Shown here: in pieces, positions 27,747 to 35,916 of the stretch | Layout: each line of letters begins with the position of its first letter | How positions within the stretch are numbered: position 1 is the stretch's first letter | From: Candidatus Methylomirabilota bacterium | GTDB lineage: Bacteria > Methylomirabilota > Methylomirabilia > Rokubacteriales > CSP1-6 | Length of the DNA: 64,000 bases | Direction of reading: 5' to 3' | Assembly: GCA_035605575.1 (NCBI GenBank) | Contig: DASTCJ010000210.1 | Span: forward strand, 78,750-142,749 | Translations under genes and position numbers: made by a program | The notes under the pieces: generated by a model | What the model was told of the DNA's origin: nothing | The model's input: the letters and a program-made list of their open reading frames with translations, nothing else | Database searches by the model: none

Positions 27747-27962
27747 TCAGGCCTTGGCGCTCTCGTCGGCCTCTTTCACGCGATATTCCACCTTGGCGGC
27801 CGCGATCTCTTCGAGGGCCGAGCTCGTTGGCTTCTTGTGCTTGCTCTCCACGCGCGGCGCGGCGCCACGGTTGAGCTGACGCGCACGCTTGGCCGAGAGC
27901 ACCACCAGGAGATAGCGGTTCGAAACCTTGTTGAGGGCGGATTCGAGCGAGGGGAACGCCAT
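27747..27962 (-). CDS. rpoZ: RNA polymerase omega subunit
   Basis: PSLESALNKV.NRYLLV...AKRARQL, KP...ALEEI. Between gmk and coaBC. Confidence 0.93.
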   Translation of the reverse strand: MAFPSLESALNKVSNRYLLVVLSAKRARQLNRGAAPRVESKHKKPTSSALEEIAAAKVEYRVKEADESAKA

Positions 27963-28597
27963 CAGTTGGGAACCTCCAGATCGGGAAAAGTGACGCCGAG
28001 ACGCGTGGTGCGACAGCGCTCGGCCTGAATGATGGCCATCAGCTGGTCCATCGCTTCTTTCACGTCTCGATTGACGATGAGGTAGTCGTACTGCTTCCAC
28101 AGCGCGATCTCGTCGCGCGCGCGCGCGAGCCGCCGGGCGATGTCCTGATCGGCGTCCGAGCGGCGCTCGCGCAGCCGCTGCTCGAGGTCCGCCATCGAGG
28201 GGGCGACCACGAAGACCAGCACGGCCTCCGGATAGCGCCGGCGCAGCTGACTGGCCCCCTGCGTATCGATGTCCAGCAGGACGTCGCGGCCGTCCTGCAG
28301 TGCCGCTTCGAGCGGTCGCGCGGGCGTCCCGTACAGATTGCCGTGAACGGTTGCCCACTCCGCCAGCTCGGCCCGCTGCTGCATGGCCACGAAGGCCTCG
28401 CGCGAGATGAAGCGAAAGTCGCTGCCGTCCACCTCTCCGGGTCGTGGCGCGCGCGTCGTGCACGAGACCGAGTACGCCAGCTCGGGAACGCGCAGCCGGG
28501 CCTCGCGACAGAGCGTCGTCTTGCCGGCGCCCGAGGGCGCCGATACGACGAACAGCGTGCCGCGCCGCCGGAGCCGCAGGCCGGGCTCGCTACTCAT
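27962..28597 (-). CDS. gmk: Guanylate kinase
   Basis: SAPSGAGKTT, SVS.TTR.PR.GE.DG..., GN.YGT, LDID.QG, YDY.IVN. Confidence 0.97.
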   Translation of the reverse strand: MSSEPGLRLRRRGTLFVVSAPSGAGKTTLCREARLRVPELAYSVSCTTRAPRPGEVDGSDFRFISREAFVAMQQRAELAEWATVHGNLYGTPARPLEAALQDGRDVLLDIDTQGASQLRRRYPEAVLVFVVAPSMADLEQRLRERRSDADQDIARRLARARDEIALWKQYDYLIVNRDVKEAMDQLMAIIQAERCRTTRLGVTFPDLEVPN

Positions 28598-28874
28598 CGT
28601 GGGCGCCTCGGTCGGTGGTCAGCCGTTGCGCCAGCGTGGCCGGCTCGAGCGAGGAGAGGATCAGATGGTCGCTCTCGGTGACGATCACGGCGCGCGTCCG
28701 CCGTCCGTTCGTCGCATCCACGAGCTTGGTGGAGCCCTTCACCGTCTCGATGAGCCGCTTTACCGGGAGCGAATCGAGCGCCACGATGGCGACGATCTGA
28801 TTCGCAAGAACCACGTTGCCGTGGCCGACGTTCACGAGCCGCGGCGCGGCGCCGTTGACGCCGCGGTTACTCAA
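28590..28874 (-). CDS. remA: DUF370 / RemA-family protein
   Basis: L.N.G.GN.V....IVAIV...S.P.KR, L.DAT.GRRTR.VI..S.H..LS....TLA.RL. yicC-DUF370-gmk synteny. Confidence 0.85.
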   Translation of the reverse strand: MSNRGVNGAAPRLVNVGHGNVVLANQIVAIVALDSLPVKRLIETVKGSTKLVDATNGRRTRAVIVTESDHLILSSLEPATLAQRLTTDRGAHDE

Positions 28875-29751
28875 GATTCTGCACCTGCTCGCGGATCTTC
28901 TCGAGCACGCTCTTGGCGCTCAGCGCCGCCTGGCTCAGCTCGAGATCGTCGGCCTTGGACCCCACCGTGTTCACCTCGCGATTGAGCTCCTGAATGAGAA
29001 AGTCCAGCGTGCGGCCCACCGGCCCGCCCTTCTCGAGCGCGAGGCTGAACTCCGCGAGATGCGCCCGCAACCGCGCCAGCTCCTCCGTGACGTCCGTCTT
29101 CTCCGCCCAGATCGCCGCCTCGGTCAGGATGCGGCTCTCTTCGACCGCGGTGTCGGCCAGGAGCGCGCGGAGCCGTTCGCGCAGGCGCTGCTCGCGGCGC
29201 GCCGAGGCTGCCGGCGCCCGCGCCGCCATCGTATCGACGGCGGTCGTGAGGTCGCCGTGGAGACTTCGCAGCGCGTCGGCGAGGCGCTCGCCTTCGGCCG
29301 CGCGTCGGTCGACGAGCTCATCGAAGGCCGCCGCCAGCGCGCGCTCGAGGAGTGGCCACGGCGCCGCCGGCTCCGCGGGCTCAGCGTCTTCGAGCCGCAT
29401 GACGCCGGAGCGCTCCAGCAGCCACTCGATGCGCGGCGCAGCCTCGAGGCCGAGCTCGCGGGCGACCGATTGCGCGCGCGTGAGGTACTCGCGGGCCAGG
29501 TCGGCGTCGATCTCGACGCGCTGTGTTGCCGCACCGCTCAGCGGCGTCACCTGGACGGAGACGTCGACACGGCCACGCTCGAGCCGTGCTTGGACCAGGC
29601 GGCGCGCGTCGAGCTCCAGCGATGCGAGGGTGCGCGGCAGACGGAGCGCGACGTCGAGATGACGGTGGTTCACGGATCGGGCCTCGACGGTGATGACGAT
29701 CGACTCGCCGGTGACTTCTGCCCGCCCAAACCCTGTCATGCTCCGGACCAT
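28867..29751 (-). CDS. yicC: YicC/YloC family endoribonuclease
   Basis: SMTGFGR, E.RSVNHR.LD, RGRVD, K.DV.EEL.RL..H, GR.LDFL.QE.NRE.NT.GSK, REQ.QNLE. Confidence 0.95.
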   Translation of the reverse strand: MVRSMTGFGRAEVTGESIVITVEARSVNHRHLDVALRLPRTLASLELDARRLVQARLERGRVDVSVQVTPLSGAATQRVEIDADLAREYLTRAQSVARELGLEAAPRIEWLLERSGVMRLEDAEPAEPAAPWPLLERALAAAFDELVDRRAAEGERLADALRSLHGDLTTAVDTMAARAPAASARREQRLRERLRALLADTAVEESRILTEAAIWAEKTDVTEELARLRAHLAEFSLALEKGGPVGRTLDFLIQELNREVNTVGSKADDLELSQAALSAKSVLEKIREQVQNLE

Positions 29752-29761
29752 GAAGGTCCTC

Positions 29762-29790
29762 AGCATCGCCGAAATTCTCTGTAGTGTCAA
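29762..29790 (-). promoter_or_regulatory. Sigma-70 promoter for the yicC-gmk-rpoZ operon
   Basis: TTGACA-N17-GATGCT, 10 nt before the yicC ATG. Confidence 0.55.
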
Positions 29791-29800
29791 TATGTTGCGG

Positions 29801-29830
29801 TTGACAGTCCCCGCGCGGCGAGGCTATGCT
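29801..29830 (+). promoter_or_regulatory. Sigma-70 promoter for the NitT/TauT ABC operon
   Basis: TTGACA-N18-TATGCT, followed by SD AAGGAGG (29841-29847) and ATG 29856. Confidence 0.7.
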
Positions 29831-29855
29831 GCCGCATTCCAAGGAGGATTCTTCG

Positions 29856-30923
29856 ATGCAGTGGACCCGGCGTCACTTCCTGAGCGCCGCCAGTTCGGCC
29901 GCCATCGTGACGGGGGCGTCACGCCGCGCGCGCGCTCAGACGGGGAAGCCCATCACCGTCTCGCACAGCGTTTCGACGTTCGTGTACGGCCAGCACCTCG
30001 TCGCCCGCGAAAAGAAATTCTTCCAAGACGAGCACGTGTCGCTGCCTGGCTTCATCGTGCCGGGTGGCGGCGCCCGCGTCGTGAACGCCGTCACGGCGGG
30101 GCAGGCGATGTTCGGCCTGGGCGACTCGAATCACCCGCTGAAGGCCACGGAGAAGGGCCGCGACACGGTGATGCTGTTCGCCACCGACACGCGCTGTAGC
30201 TACGCCAACGTCGTCGTGCGGAAAGATCTGTGGGACAAGGGCGTGAAGTCCGTGGAGGCGCTCGCCGACGCCACCCTGGTCGGACGCAAGGCGATCGTCG
30301 CGGCCACGGCCATTGGGTCGGGCACCTATGTGTATGGCGTGTACGTCCTGCGCCAGAGCAAAGCCGGCGACGGCCGGCCGGTGAACGACGCCGTGGAGTG
30401 GGTGGGCGGTGGCGCGTCGACGACGATGCTGGGCGGACTCAAAGCCGGCAAGTTCGACGCCATCATGGCCGTTCCGGAGTGGCAGTGGGCGGCCGAGGAG
30501 GAGGGCTTCGGCAAGGCGATCTACGACGTGCAGGACGAGAAGGCGTGGAATCGTGTCTTCGGCGGACCCATCCCGGTCACCGTCGGCTACACGCTGCGCG
30601 AGACGATCGAGAAGTCGCCCGACCTCGTGCAGGCCTACGTCAACGCCATCTATCGCGCACAGCAGTGGATCCGTCGCGCCAAGGACGAGGAGATCGCCGA
30701 GGTCATCCACAAGCCGTACATGGACACGTTCAGCCGCGAGATCGTGCTGCGCTCGATCCGCTACTACAAGACCATTTTCGACTGGGACTTCGCCATCGAG
30801 GAGAAGGACTACGAGAACGGCCTGAAGGTCTTCGTGCCCATCGCCGTCGACAAGCCGCTGCCGTTCACGAAGGTGGTCGACGCCTCATTCCTCAAGAAGG
30901 CTCAGGCGAAGTACAGGTCCTGA
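29856..30923 (+). CDS. NitT/TauT-family ABC substrate-binding protein (Tat signal)
   Basis: TRRHFL Tat motif, strong SD, class II PBP features, first gene of an SBP-ATPase-permease operon. Confidence 0.85.
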   Translation: MQWTRRHFLSAASSAAIVTGASRRARAQTGKPITVSHSVSTFVYGQHLVAREKKFFQDEHVSLPGFIVPGGGARVVNAVTAGQAMFGLGDSNHPLKATEKGRDTVMLFATDTRCSYANVVVRKDLWDKGVKSVEALADATLVGRKAIVAATAIGSGTYVYGVYVLRQSKAGDGRPVNDAVEWVGGGASTTMLGGLKAGKFDAIMAVPEWQWAAEEEGFGKAIYDVQDEKAWNRVFGGPIPVTVGYTLRETIEKSPDLVQAYVNAIYRAQQWIRRAKDEEIAEVIHKPYMDTFSREIVLRSIRYYKTIFDWDFAIEEKDYENGLKVFVPIAVDKPLPFTKVVDASFLKKAQAKYRS

Positions 30924-31711
30924 ATCCGCGACGCGCACGCATCGTCGTTCGCGAGCTCCGCAAGGCGTTCCGGGCCGGCTCGCGGGAGGTGCCGGCCGTC
31001 GCCGGTGTGTCGTTCGACGTGATGGACGGTGAATTCATCGCGCTCGTCGGCCCGTCCGGCTGCGGCAAGTCGACGATCCTCAACATGATCGGCGGTCTGG
31101 TGCCACCGTCGTCCGGCGCGATCGAGATCGACGGCGTCCCCGTGAGCGGCGCGGCGCCGCCGAACGTCGGCTACGTCTTCCAGAAGGACACCGTGTTCCC
31201 GTGGCGCACCGTCGCGCGCAACATCGCGCTCGGCCTCGAGTACCGCGGGCTCGGCGCCGCCGAGCAGAGCCGTCGCGTGCGCGAGGCGATCGCGCTGGCC
31301 GGCCTGAGCGGATTCGAGGACGCCTTTCCGGCCACGCTCTCGGGCGGGATGCGCCAGCGCGTGGCGCTCATGCGGTCGCTCGTCGTGGAGCCGGCCATCT
31401 TGCTGATGGATGAGCCGTTCGGTGCGCTCGACACGCACACGAAGATCGGCCTCCACGCCGAGCTGCTCGCGCTGTGGAGCGCGCGGCGCCAGACGGTCGT
31501 GTTCGTCACCCACGACCTGTCGGAGGCCATCACGCTCGCGGACCGCGTGGTGGTGATGACCCGGCGGCCCGGCCGCATCAAGATGGTTCACGACGTGAAG
31601 CTGCCGCGGCCGCGCGACGTGATCAAGGTGCGCGAGACCGACGAGTACGCGCGCGAGTACGGGCGGGTGTGGCACGTGCTCGGCGAGGAGTTCGCGGAGC
31701 GCGAGCCGTGA
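30920..31711 (+). CDS. NitT/TauT-family ABC ATP-binding protein (probable CTG start)
   Basis: GPSGCGKST, YVFQKD.VFPWRT, LSGGMRQR, LMDEPFGALD, FVTHD..EA..L.DR. Confidence 0.93.
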   Translation: MNPRRARIVVRELRKAFRAGSREVPAVAGVSFDVMDGEFIALVGPSGCGKSTILNMIGGLVPPSSGAIEIDGVPVSGAAPPNVGYVFQKDTVFPWRTVARNIALGLEYRGLGAAEQSRRVREAIALAGLSGFEDAFPATLSGGMRQRVALMRSLVVEPAILLMDEPFGALDTHTKIGLHAELLALWSARRQTVVFVTHDLSEAITLADRVVVMTRRPGRIKMVHDVKLPRPRDVIKVRETDEYAREYGRVWHVLGEEFAEREP

Positions 31712-32523
31712 ACGGCCGCGCGCCGGTGATCGTCTGGCGGCTCATCATCCTCGTCGCGATCCTGGCCGCTTGGGAATGGCTGACCGGTGTCAAGGCGGTG
31801 AGCCGCTTGCCCGGACTGTACTGGGTCGACCCGTTCTTCATCAGCCGTCCGTCGGCCATCGTCGCGCGCTTCGCATTTCTGGCGTCAGATCGGGTGAGAC
31901 TCTCGATCTGGCAGATGGCGCTGTCGACGGTGCAGTCGACGCTCCTGGGGTTCGCGGCCGGCGTGTCGAGCGGATTCGCGGTGGGGCTCGTGCTGGGCCG
32001 GCACGACCGGCTGGCGCAGATCTTCGAGCCCTACATCGTCGCCTTCAACTCGCTGCCGCGCATCGCGCTGGTGCCGCTGATCACCATGGTCTTCGGCTTC
32101 GGCATCCTCGCGAAGGTCGTGCTGGCGTGGACGATCGTGTTCTTCATCGTCTTCTTCAACACGTTCCAGGGCGCGCGCTCCGTCGACGCCGATCTGATCC
32201 ACTCCGCGCGTTTCCTCGGCGCCGGCGAACGACAGATCATGCGGACGGTCATCATCCCGTCGGCCCTGGCCTGGACGTTCGCTGCCCTCACGCCGTCGAT
32301 CTCGTTCGCTCTCATCGGCGTGGTCGTTGGCGAGTTCCTTGGCGGCGAGTCGGGCGGCGGTCTCGGCTACCTGATCATCCAGTCGCTCGGAACGCTGAAT
32401 GCCGCCGACATGATGGTCGCGCTCGTGGCCCTCGGCGTGATCGGCATCGTGATGGCGCTCGGCATCAAACAGCTCGAGCGGCGGCTGCTCCGGTGGCGCC
32501 CGGAATATCGAGAGCGTGCGTGA
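31708..32523 (+). CDS. NitT/TauT-family ABC permease
   Basis: PFFISRPS, PY....NSLPRIAL.PL, EAA-like loop ARFLGA..RQI...V..P, VVGEF.G...GLGY.I. Confidence 0.92.
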   Translation: MNGRAPVIVWRLIILVAILAAWEWLTGVKAVSRLPGLYWVDPFFISRPSAIVARFAFLASDRVRLSIWQMALSTVQSTLLGFAAGVSSGFAVGLVLGRHDRLAQIFEPYIVAFNSLPRIALVPLITMVFGFGILAKVVLAWTIVFFIVFFNTFQGARSVDADLIHSARFLGAGERQIMRTVIIPSALAWTFAALTPSISFALIGVVVGEFLGGESGGGLGYLIIQSLGTLNAADMMVALVALGVIGIVMALGIKQLERRLLRWRPEYRERA

Positions 32524-32876
32524 CGCGCTGGGTGTTCGCCCTCTCGGCCCTTCTCCTGCTCGGCGGTATCACCACCGTCGCCGTGGCGCGGCGTCTGGGC
32601 AAATCAGGCTCGCGGCCGTCGGTGTTCGTCTCCGTTCTGGCGCTCTGGATCGCAGCGTGGGCGCTGTGGGGACTCGTCGGCGGCCTGGCCGCCCAGTATG
32701 GGTTGCTGCGACGTTACGACGCCACGTTCTTCGCGGCGCTGGCGCTGGCGGCGGGCGCGCTGCAATACCGGACGCAGGTCCGACAGGGACGCGAGCGCGG
32801 GCTCACCGTCTTCGTCGGCGCACAGATCCTCTGGCTCGTGGTGGTGATGGTGCGGAACGGCGTGCTCAGTCCCTGA
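32520..32876 (+). CDS. Hypothetical 118-aa membrane protein (about 4 TM)
   Basis: GTGA overlap with the permease stop, alternating hydrophobic segments. Confidence 0.65.
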   Translation: MTRWVFALSALLLLGGITTVAVARRLGKSGSRPSVFVSVLALWIAAWALWGLVGGLAAQYGLLRRYDATFFAALALAAGALQYRTQVRQGRERGLTVFVGAQILWLVVVMVRNGVLSP

Positions 32877-32888
32877 GCGCGCTGGCGG

Positions 32889-33467
32889 TCAGGCGCGGCT
32901 GCCAGGCTTGATCGCCTGACTGCCGCCCGCGCAAAGCGGACATGCTTCCGGGGGCCACGTCGTCGCGCTGACAGTGGCCAGCGCGCTGCGCTTGACGCCG
33001 AAGCTCACGGCGCCACCGCTGCGGTCGATCAGCGAGCCGACGCCGACCACGGCGCCACCGAGATCCTGCACGCATTGCATGACCTCGCGCGTGGAGCCGC
33101 CGGTGGTGATGACGTCCTCCACGACCAGACAGCGCTCGCCGGCCGCCAGGGAGAAGCCGCGGCGCAGCCGCATCACCCCGCCTTCGCGCTCCGTGAACAG
33201 CGCGCGCACGCCCAGCGCCCGCCCGACCTCGTGCGCGACCAGGATGCCGCCGATGGCGGGCGCGAGGACCGCGTGCACGCCGTCGGCGCGAAACGTCGCC
33301 GCCAGCCCGCGGCCGAGCGCCGCCGCGTGCTCGGGATACTGAAGGACGAGCGCCGACTGCAGATAAAGGTCGGAGTGCAGACCGGACGTCAGACGGAAGT
33401 GGCCGCGCATCAAAGCGCCCGTCTTCTCGTAGAGCGCCAGTGTCTGGCGTTCGTCCAGTGTCGTCAT
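32889..33467 (-). CDS. pyrE: Orotate phosphoribosyltransferase
   Basis: GHF.L.SG.HS..Y.Q.A, PA.GGI, PRPP motif LVVEDVITTGGS. Confidence 0.96.
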   Translation of the reverse strand: MTTLDERQTLALYEKTGALMRGHFRLTSGLHSDLYLQSALVLQYPEHAAALGRGLAATFRADGVHAVLAPAIGGILVAHEVGRALGVRALFTEREGGVMRLRRGFSLAAGERCLVVEDVITTGGSTREVMQCVQDLGGAVVGVGSLIDRSGGAVSFGVKRSALATVSATTWPPEACPLCAGGSQAIKPGSRA

Positions 33468-33473
33468 GGCCCG

Positions 33474-33479
33474 ATTCTA
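33474..33479 (-). promoter_or_regulatory. -10 element for leaderless pyrE
   Basis: TAGAAT-CGGGCC-ATG (6-nt spacing, no SD). Confidence 0.6.
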
Positions 33480-33640
33480 TGTCAGACCGGCCGGCGATTC
33501 GCCGACACCGGGCCATCTGGCACGCCAAGCTGTCCCGACCCGTGACGGCCTGATCCCGCGCACCCGACAGCGCGCGACGGCTTCGCTCGCGCGACCCCGA
33601 TTTACGGCGCGATCGGCGAATCTTCGCGGACGCGCCGCGC

Positions 33641-33656
33641 TGGCAACCGCGTTGCA
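33641..33656 (+). promoter_or_regulatory. Sigma-54 (-24/-12) promoter of the chemosensory/Roadblock operon
   Basis: TGGCAACCGCGTTGCA with exact GG-N10-GC spacing. SD AAGGAGG at 33681-33687, ATG 33697. Confidence 0.7.
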
Positions 33657-33696
33657 CTTCGCGGCCGGGCACGCTCACCCAAGGAGGCTCCGTGCG

Positions 33697-34059
33697 ATGG
33701 CGAAGGTGATGGTGGTCGACGATGCGGTTTCGGAGCTGAAGCTCATGGAATCGATCCTGAAGTCGGCCGGGCATGAGGTGGTGTCGCTGGTGGATGGCGA
33801 GGCGCTGGAGGACAAGCTCTCCAGCGAGCGCCCCGACGTGCTGCTGCTCGACATCGTCATGCCCAAGCGCAACGGTTACGAGATCCTCCGCGCGCTGCGC
33901 AAGGACGCCCGCACGAAGACGACCCCGGTCGTGCTCGTCAGCAGCAAGAACCAGGAGAGCGACCGCGCCTGGGGCAAGCGGCAGGGCGCCGACGAGTATC
34001 TCGGCAAGCCATTCACTTCGGACCAGCTCCTCACGATGGTGAAGCGCTTTGTCCGATGA
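33697..34059 (+). CDS. pilH: Single-domain response regulator, PilH-like
   Basis: VVDD, LLDIVMP..NG, SSKNQESDRAWGKRQGADEYL.KPF, which closely follows the PilH pattern. Confidence 0.85.
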   Translation: MAKVMVVDDAVSELKLMESILKSAGHEVVSLVDGEALEDKLSSERPDVLLLDIVMPKRNGYEILRALRKDARTKTTPVVLVSSKNQESDRAWGKRQGADEYLGKPFTSDQLLTMVKRFVR

Positions 34060-34573
34060 CGCGGTCACGTCCGCGCCGTCGGTGGACGCGGCGCCCGCCG
34101 GGGCCGCCACCGAGACCGCGGCCGCCCCGCGACACCGGGCGTGCATCATCACACTCGGCGGTCAGCCGTTCGCGGTGGATGTCCGGGAGGCGCGCGAGGT
34201 CGTCATCCTCGAGCCGTTGACGCCGGTGCCGGGGGCGCCGCCGCCGCTCATCGGAGTCGCCAACCTGCGCGGCAGCGTTCTCGGCGTCGCGGAGGCGCGC
34301 CCCCTCCTCGGCGTACCGGCACGACCGGTGACGACGGGCTCGCCTGCCCTGGTTATCGCGGCCGGCGAGCTCGTGGCCGCGATCCCCATCGACCGCGTGG
34401 TCGGTCTCGACTGGTTCGATGAGCCGCAGCCGCTCGATGCCAATGACCGCCGGCCCGGCGTCGCGTTCGCCGCCGGGCTCGTACCGCACGCGGGTGACTA
34501 TGCCACGCTACTCGATGCTGGCCGGCTCCTGGACGCGCTGCGCGCGCCATGGGCGTCGGTCGCGGAGGCCTGA
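34049..34573 (+). CDS. cheW: CheW/PilI-like coupling protein
   Basis: LGGQ.FAVDV...REV......TPVPGAP..L.GV.NLRG....V. Start uncertain (TTG). Confidence 0.88.
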   Translation: MSDDAVTSAPSVDAAPAGAATETAAAPRHRACIITLGGQPFAVDVREAREVVILEPLTPVPGAPPPLIGVANLRGSVLGVAEARPLLGVPARPVTTGSPALVIAAGELVAAIPIDRVVGLDWFDEPQPLDANDRRPGVAFAAGLVPHAGDYATLLDAGRLLDALRAPWASVAEA

Positions 34574-34576
34574 TCC

Positions 34577-35905
34577 ATGAACCGTCGCCACTTTCTCGGA
34601 ATGCTCGCCGGCTCGCTCGTCCCCGGCGCCCCGCGCGCGTGGGCGCAGTCCCGCCCGGTTGGTGGTCGTGTCGCACCGGCCGAGCCGACGCCCGTGCGCG
34701 TGGCGACGCCGGCGGTGGCTGCCGTCCCCGGCGTCACGGCCCACGACATCCGGGTCGGCATGAGCGCGGCCTTCCGCGGCACCGCCGCGGGTCTCGGCAC
34801 CGAGTTCTACCGCGGCGCCCAGGCGTACTACAACGACGTCAACGGCAAGGGCGGCGTGCACGGTCGCGGCATCAGCGTGATCGCGCTCGACGACGGCTAC
34901 GAGCCCATTCCGTGCGTGAAGAACACCATTCGTCTCCTCGAAAAGGAGCCGGTGTTCCTGCTGTCCAACTACGTCGGAACGCCGACCCTGACGCGCGCGC
35001 TGCCGGTCATCAAACGCTACGCGGAAACACAGGCCGTGCTCGTCGGCAACTTTACGGGAGCGCAGCCGCAGCGCGAAGCACCGTATGCGGAGCACGTCTT
35101 CAATATCCGCGCCTCGTACCGGCAGGAGATGATGGCGCTGGTCGACCGCTTCTGGCAGCTCGGAGCCCGCAAGTTCGGTGTGTATTACCAGATCGACGCC
35201 TACGGCCGCAGCGGCACCGACGGCGTCGCCCGCGGCCTCGCCCAGCGCGGCGTCCGCATCGTGGCCGAGGCGACCTATCCACGCGGCGCCAAGTTCACCG
35301 ACGACATGACGCCAGCCGTGAACGCGCTACGCCGCGGAGGCGTCGACGTCGTGCTCTGCACGGGCGCCTATCAGGGCTGTGGGGCCTTCGTGCGGACCGC
35401 CCGCGACGCCGGCTGGACGGTGCCGATCTCGAACCTGTCCTTCGTGGGCTCCGAGGCGATGCTGGCGCTGCTCGTCAAGCACGGCAAAGCCGTCGGTCGT
35501 GATTACACGCGGGCGCTCGTGAACTCGCAGGTCGTGCCGAGCTACGACGACGTCAGCCTGCCGGGCGTGGCCGAGTATCGGCTGCTCATGGACCGACACA
35601 ATCCGCCGCTGCCCGAGTCGCTGCGCGATCCGAGCTACGCGCTGCAGCGCTACAGCTTCATCAGCCTCGAGGGCTTCGTGAACGCGAAGGTCATCGTCGA
35701 GGCGCTCCAGCGCACCGGGCCACAGCCGACCCGCGTGGCCTTCCGGCAAGCCCTCGAGTCGTTGCGCAACTTCGATCTGGGTATCGGTTCGAGCTTGAGC
35801 TTCGGCCCAGAGCGGCACCAGGGACTCGACTCCGTGTACTTCACCCGCGTCGACGGCGAGCGATGGATTCCCATCGCCGACTGGGCCGCGGCAATTTCGG
35901 TGTAG
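34577..35905 (+). CDS. Orphan type-1 periplasmic binding protein (LivJ-like fold, Tat signal) within the chemosensory operon
   Basis: MNRRHFL, I.VGMSAAF.G....LG, N..GGV.GR.I..IALDD.Y.P, FN.RASY..E. No permease or ATPase adjacent. Confidence 0.88.
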   Translation: MNRRHFLGMLAGSLVPGAPRAWAQSRPVGGRVAPAEPTPVRVATPAVAAVPGVTAHDIRVGMSAAFRGTAAGLGTEFYRGAQAYYNDVNGKGGVHGRGISVIALDDGYEPIPCVKNTIRLLEKEPVFLLSNYVGTPTLTRALPVIKRYAETQAVLVGNFTGAQPQREAPYAEHVFNIRASYRQEMMALVDRFWQLGARKFGVYYQIDAYGRSGTDGVARGLAQRGVRIVAEATYPRGAKFTDDMTPAVNALRRGGVDVVLCTGAYQGCGAFVRTARDAGWTVPISNLSFVGSEAMLALLVKHGKAVGRDYTRALVNSQVVPSYDDVSLPGVAEYRLLMDRHNPPLPESLRDPSYALQRYSFISLEGFVNAKVIVEALQRTGPQPTRVAFRQALESLRNFDLGIGSSLSFGPERHQGLDSVYFTRVDGERWIPIADWAAAISV

Positions 35906-35916
35906 GGGGCCTTCAC

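Noticed and set aside
30230-30919. N-terminal extension of the ABC ATPase ORF
   Set aside because: It overlaps the SBP coding region out of frame. Homology starts only at about 30920.
33518-33533. Second sigma-54-like motif TGGCACGCCAAGCTG
   Set aside because: The GC is two bases too close to the GG and TTGC is absent. Sigma-54 spacing is strict.
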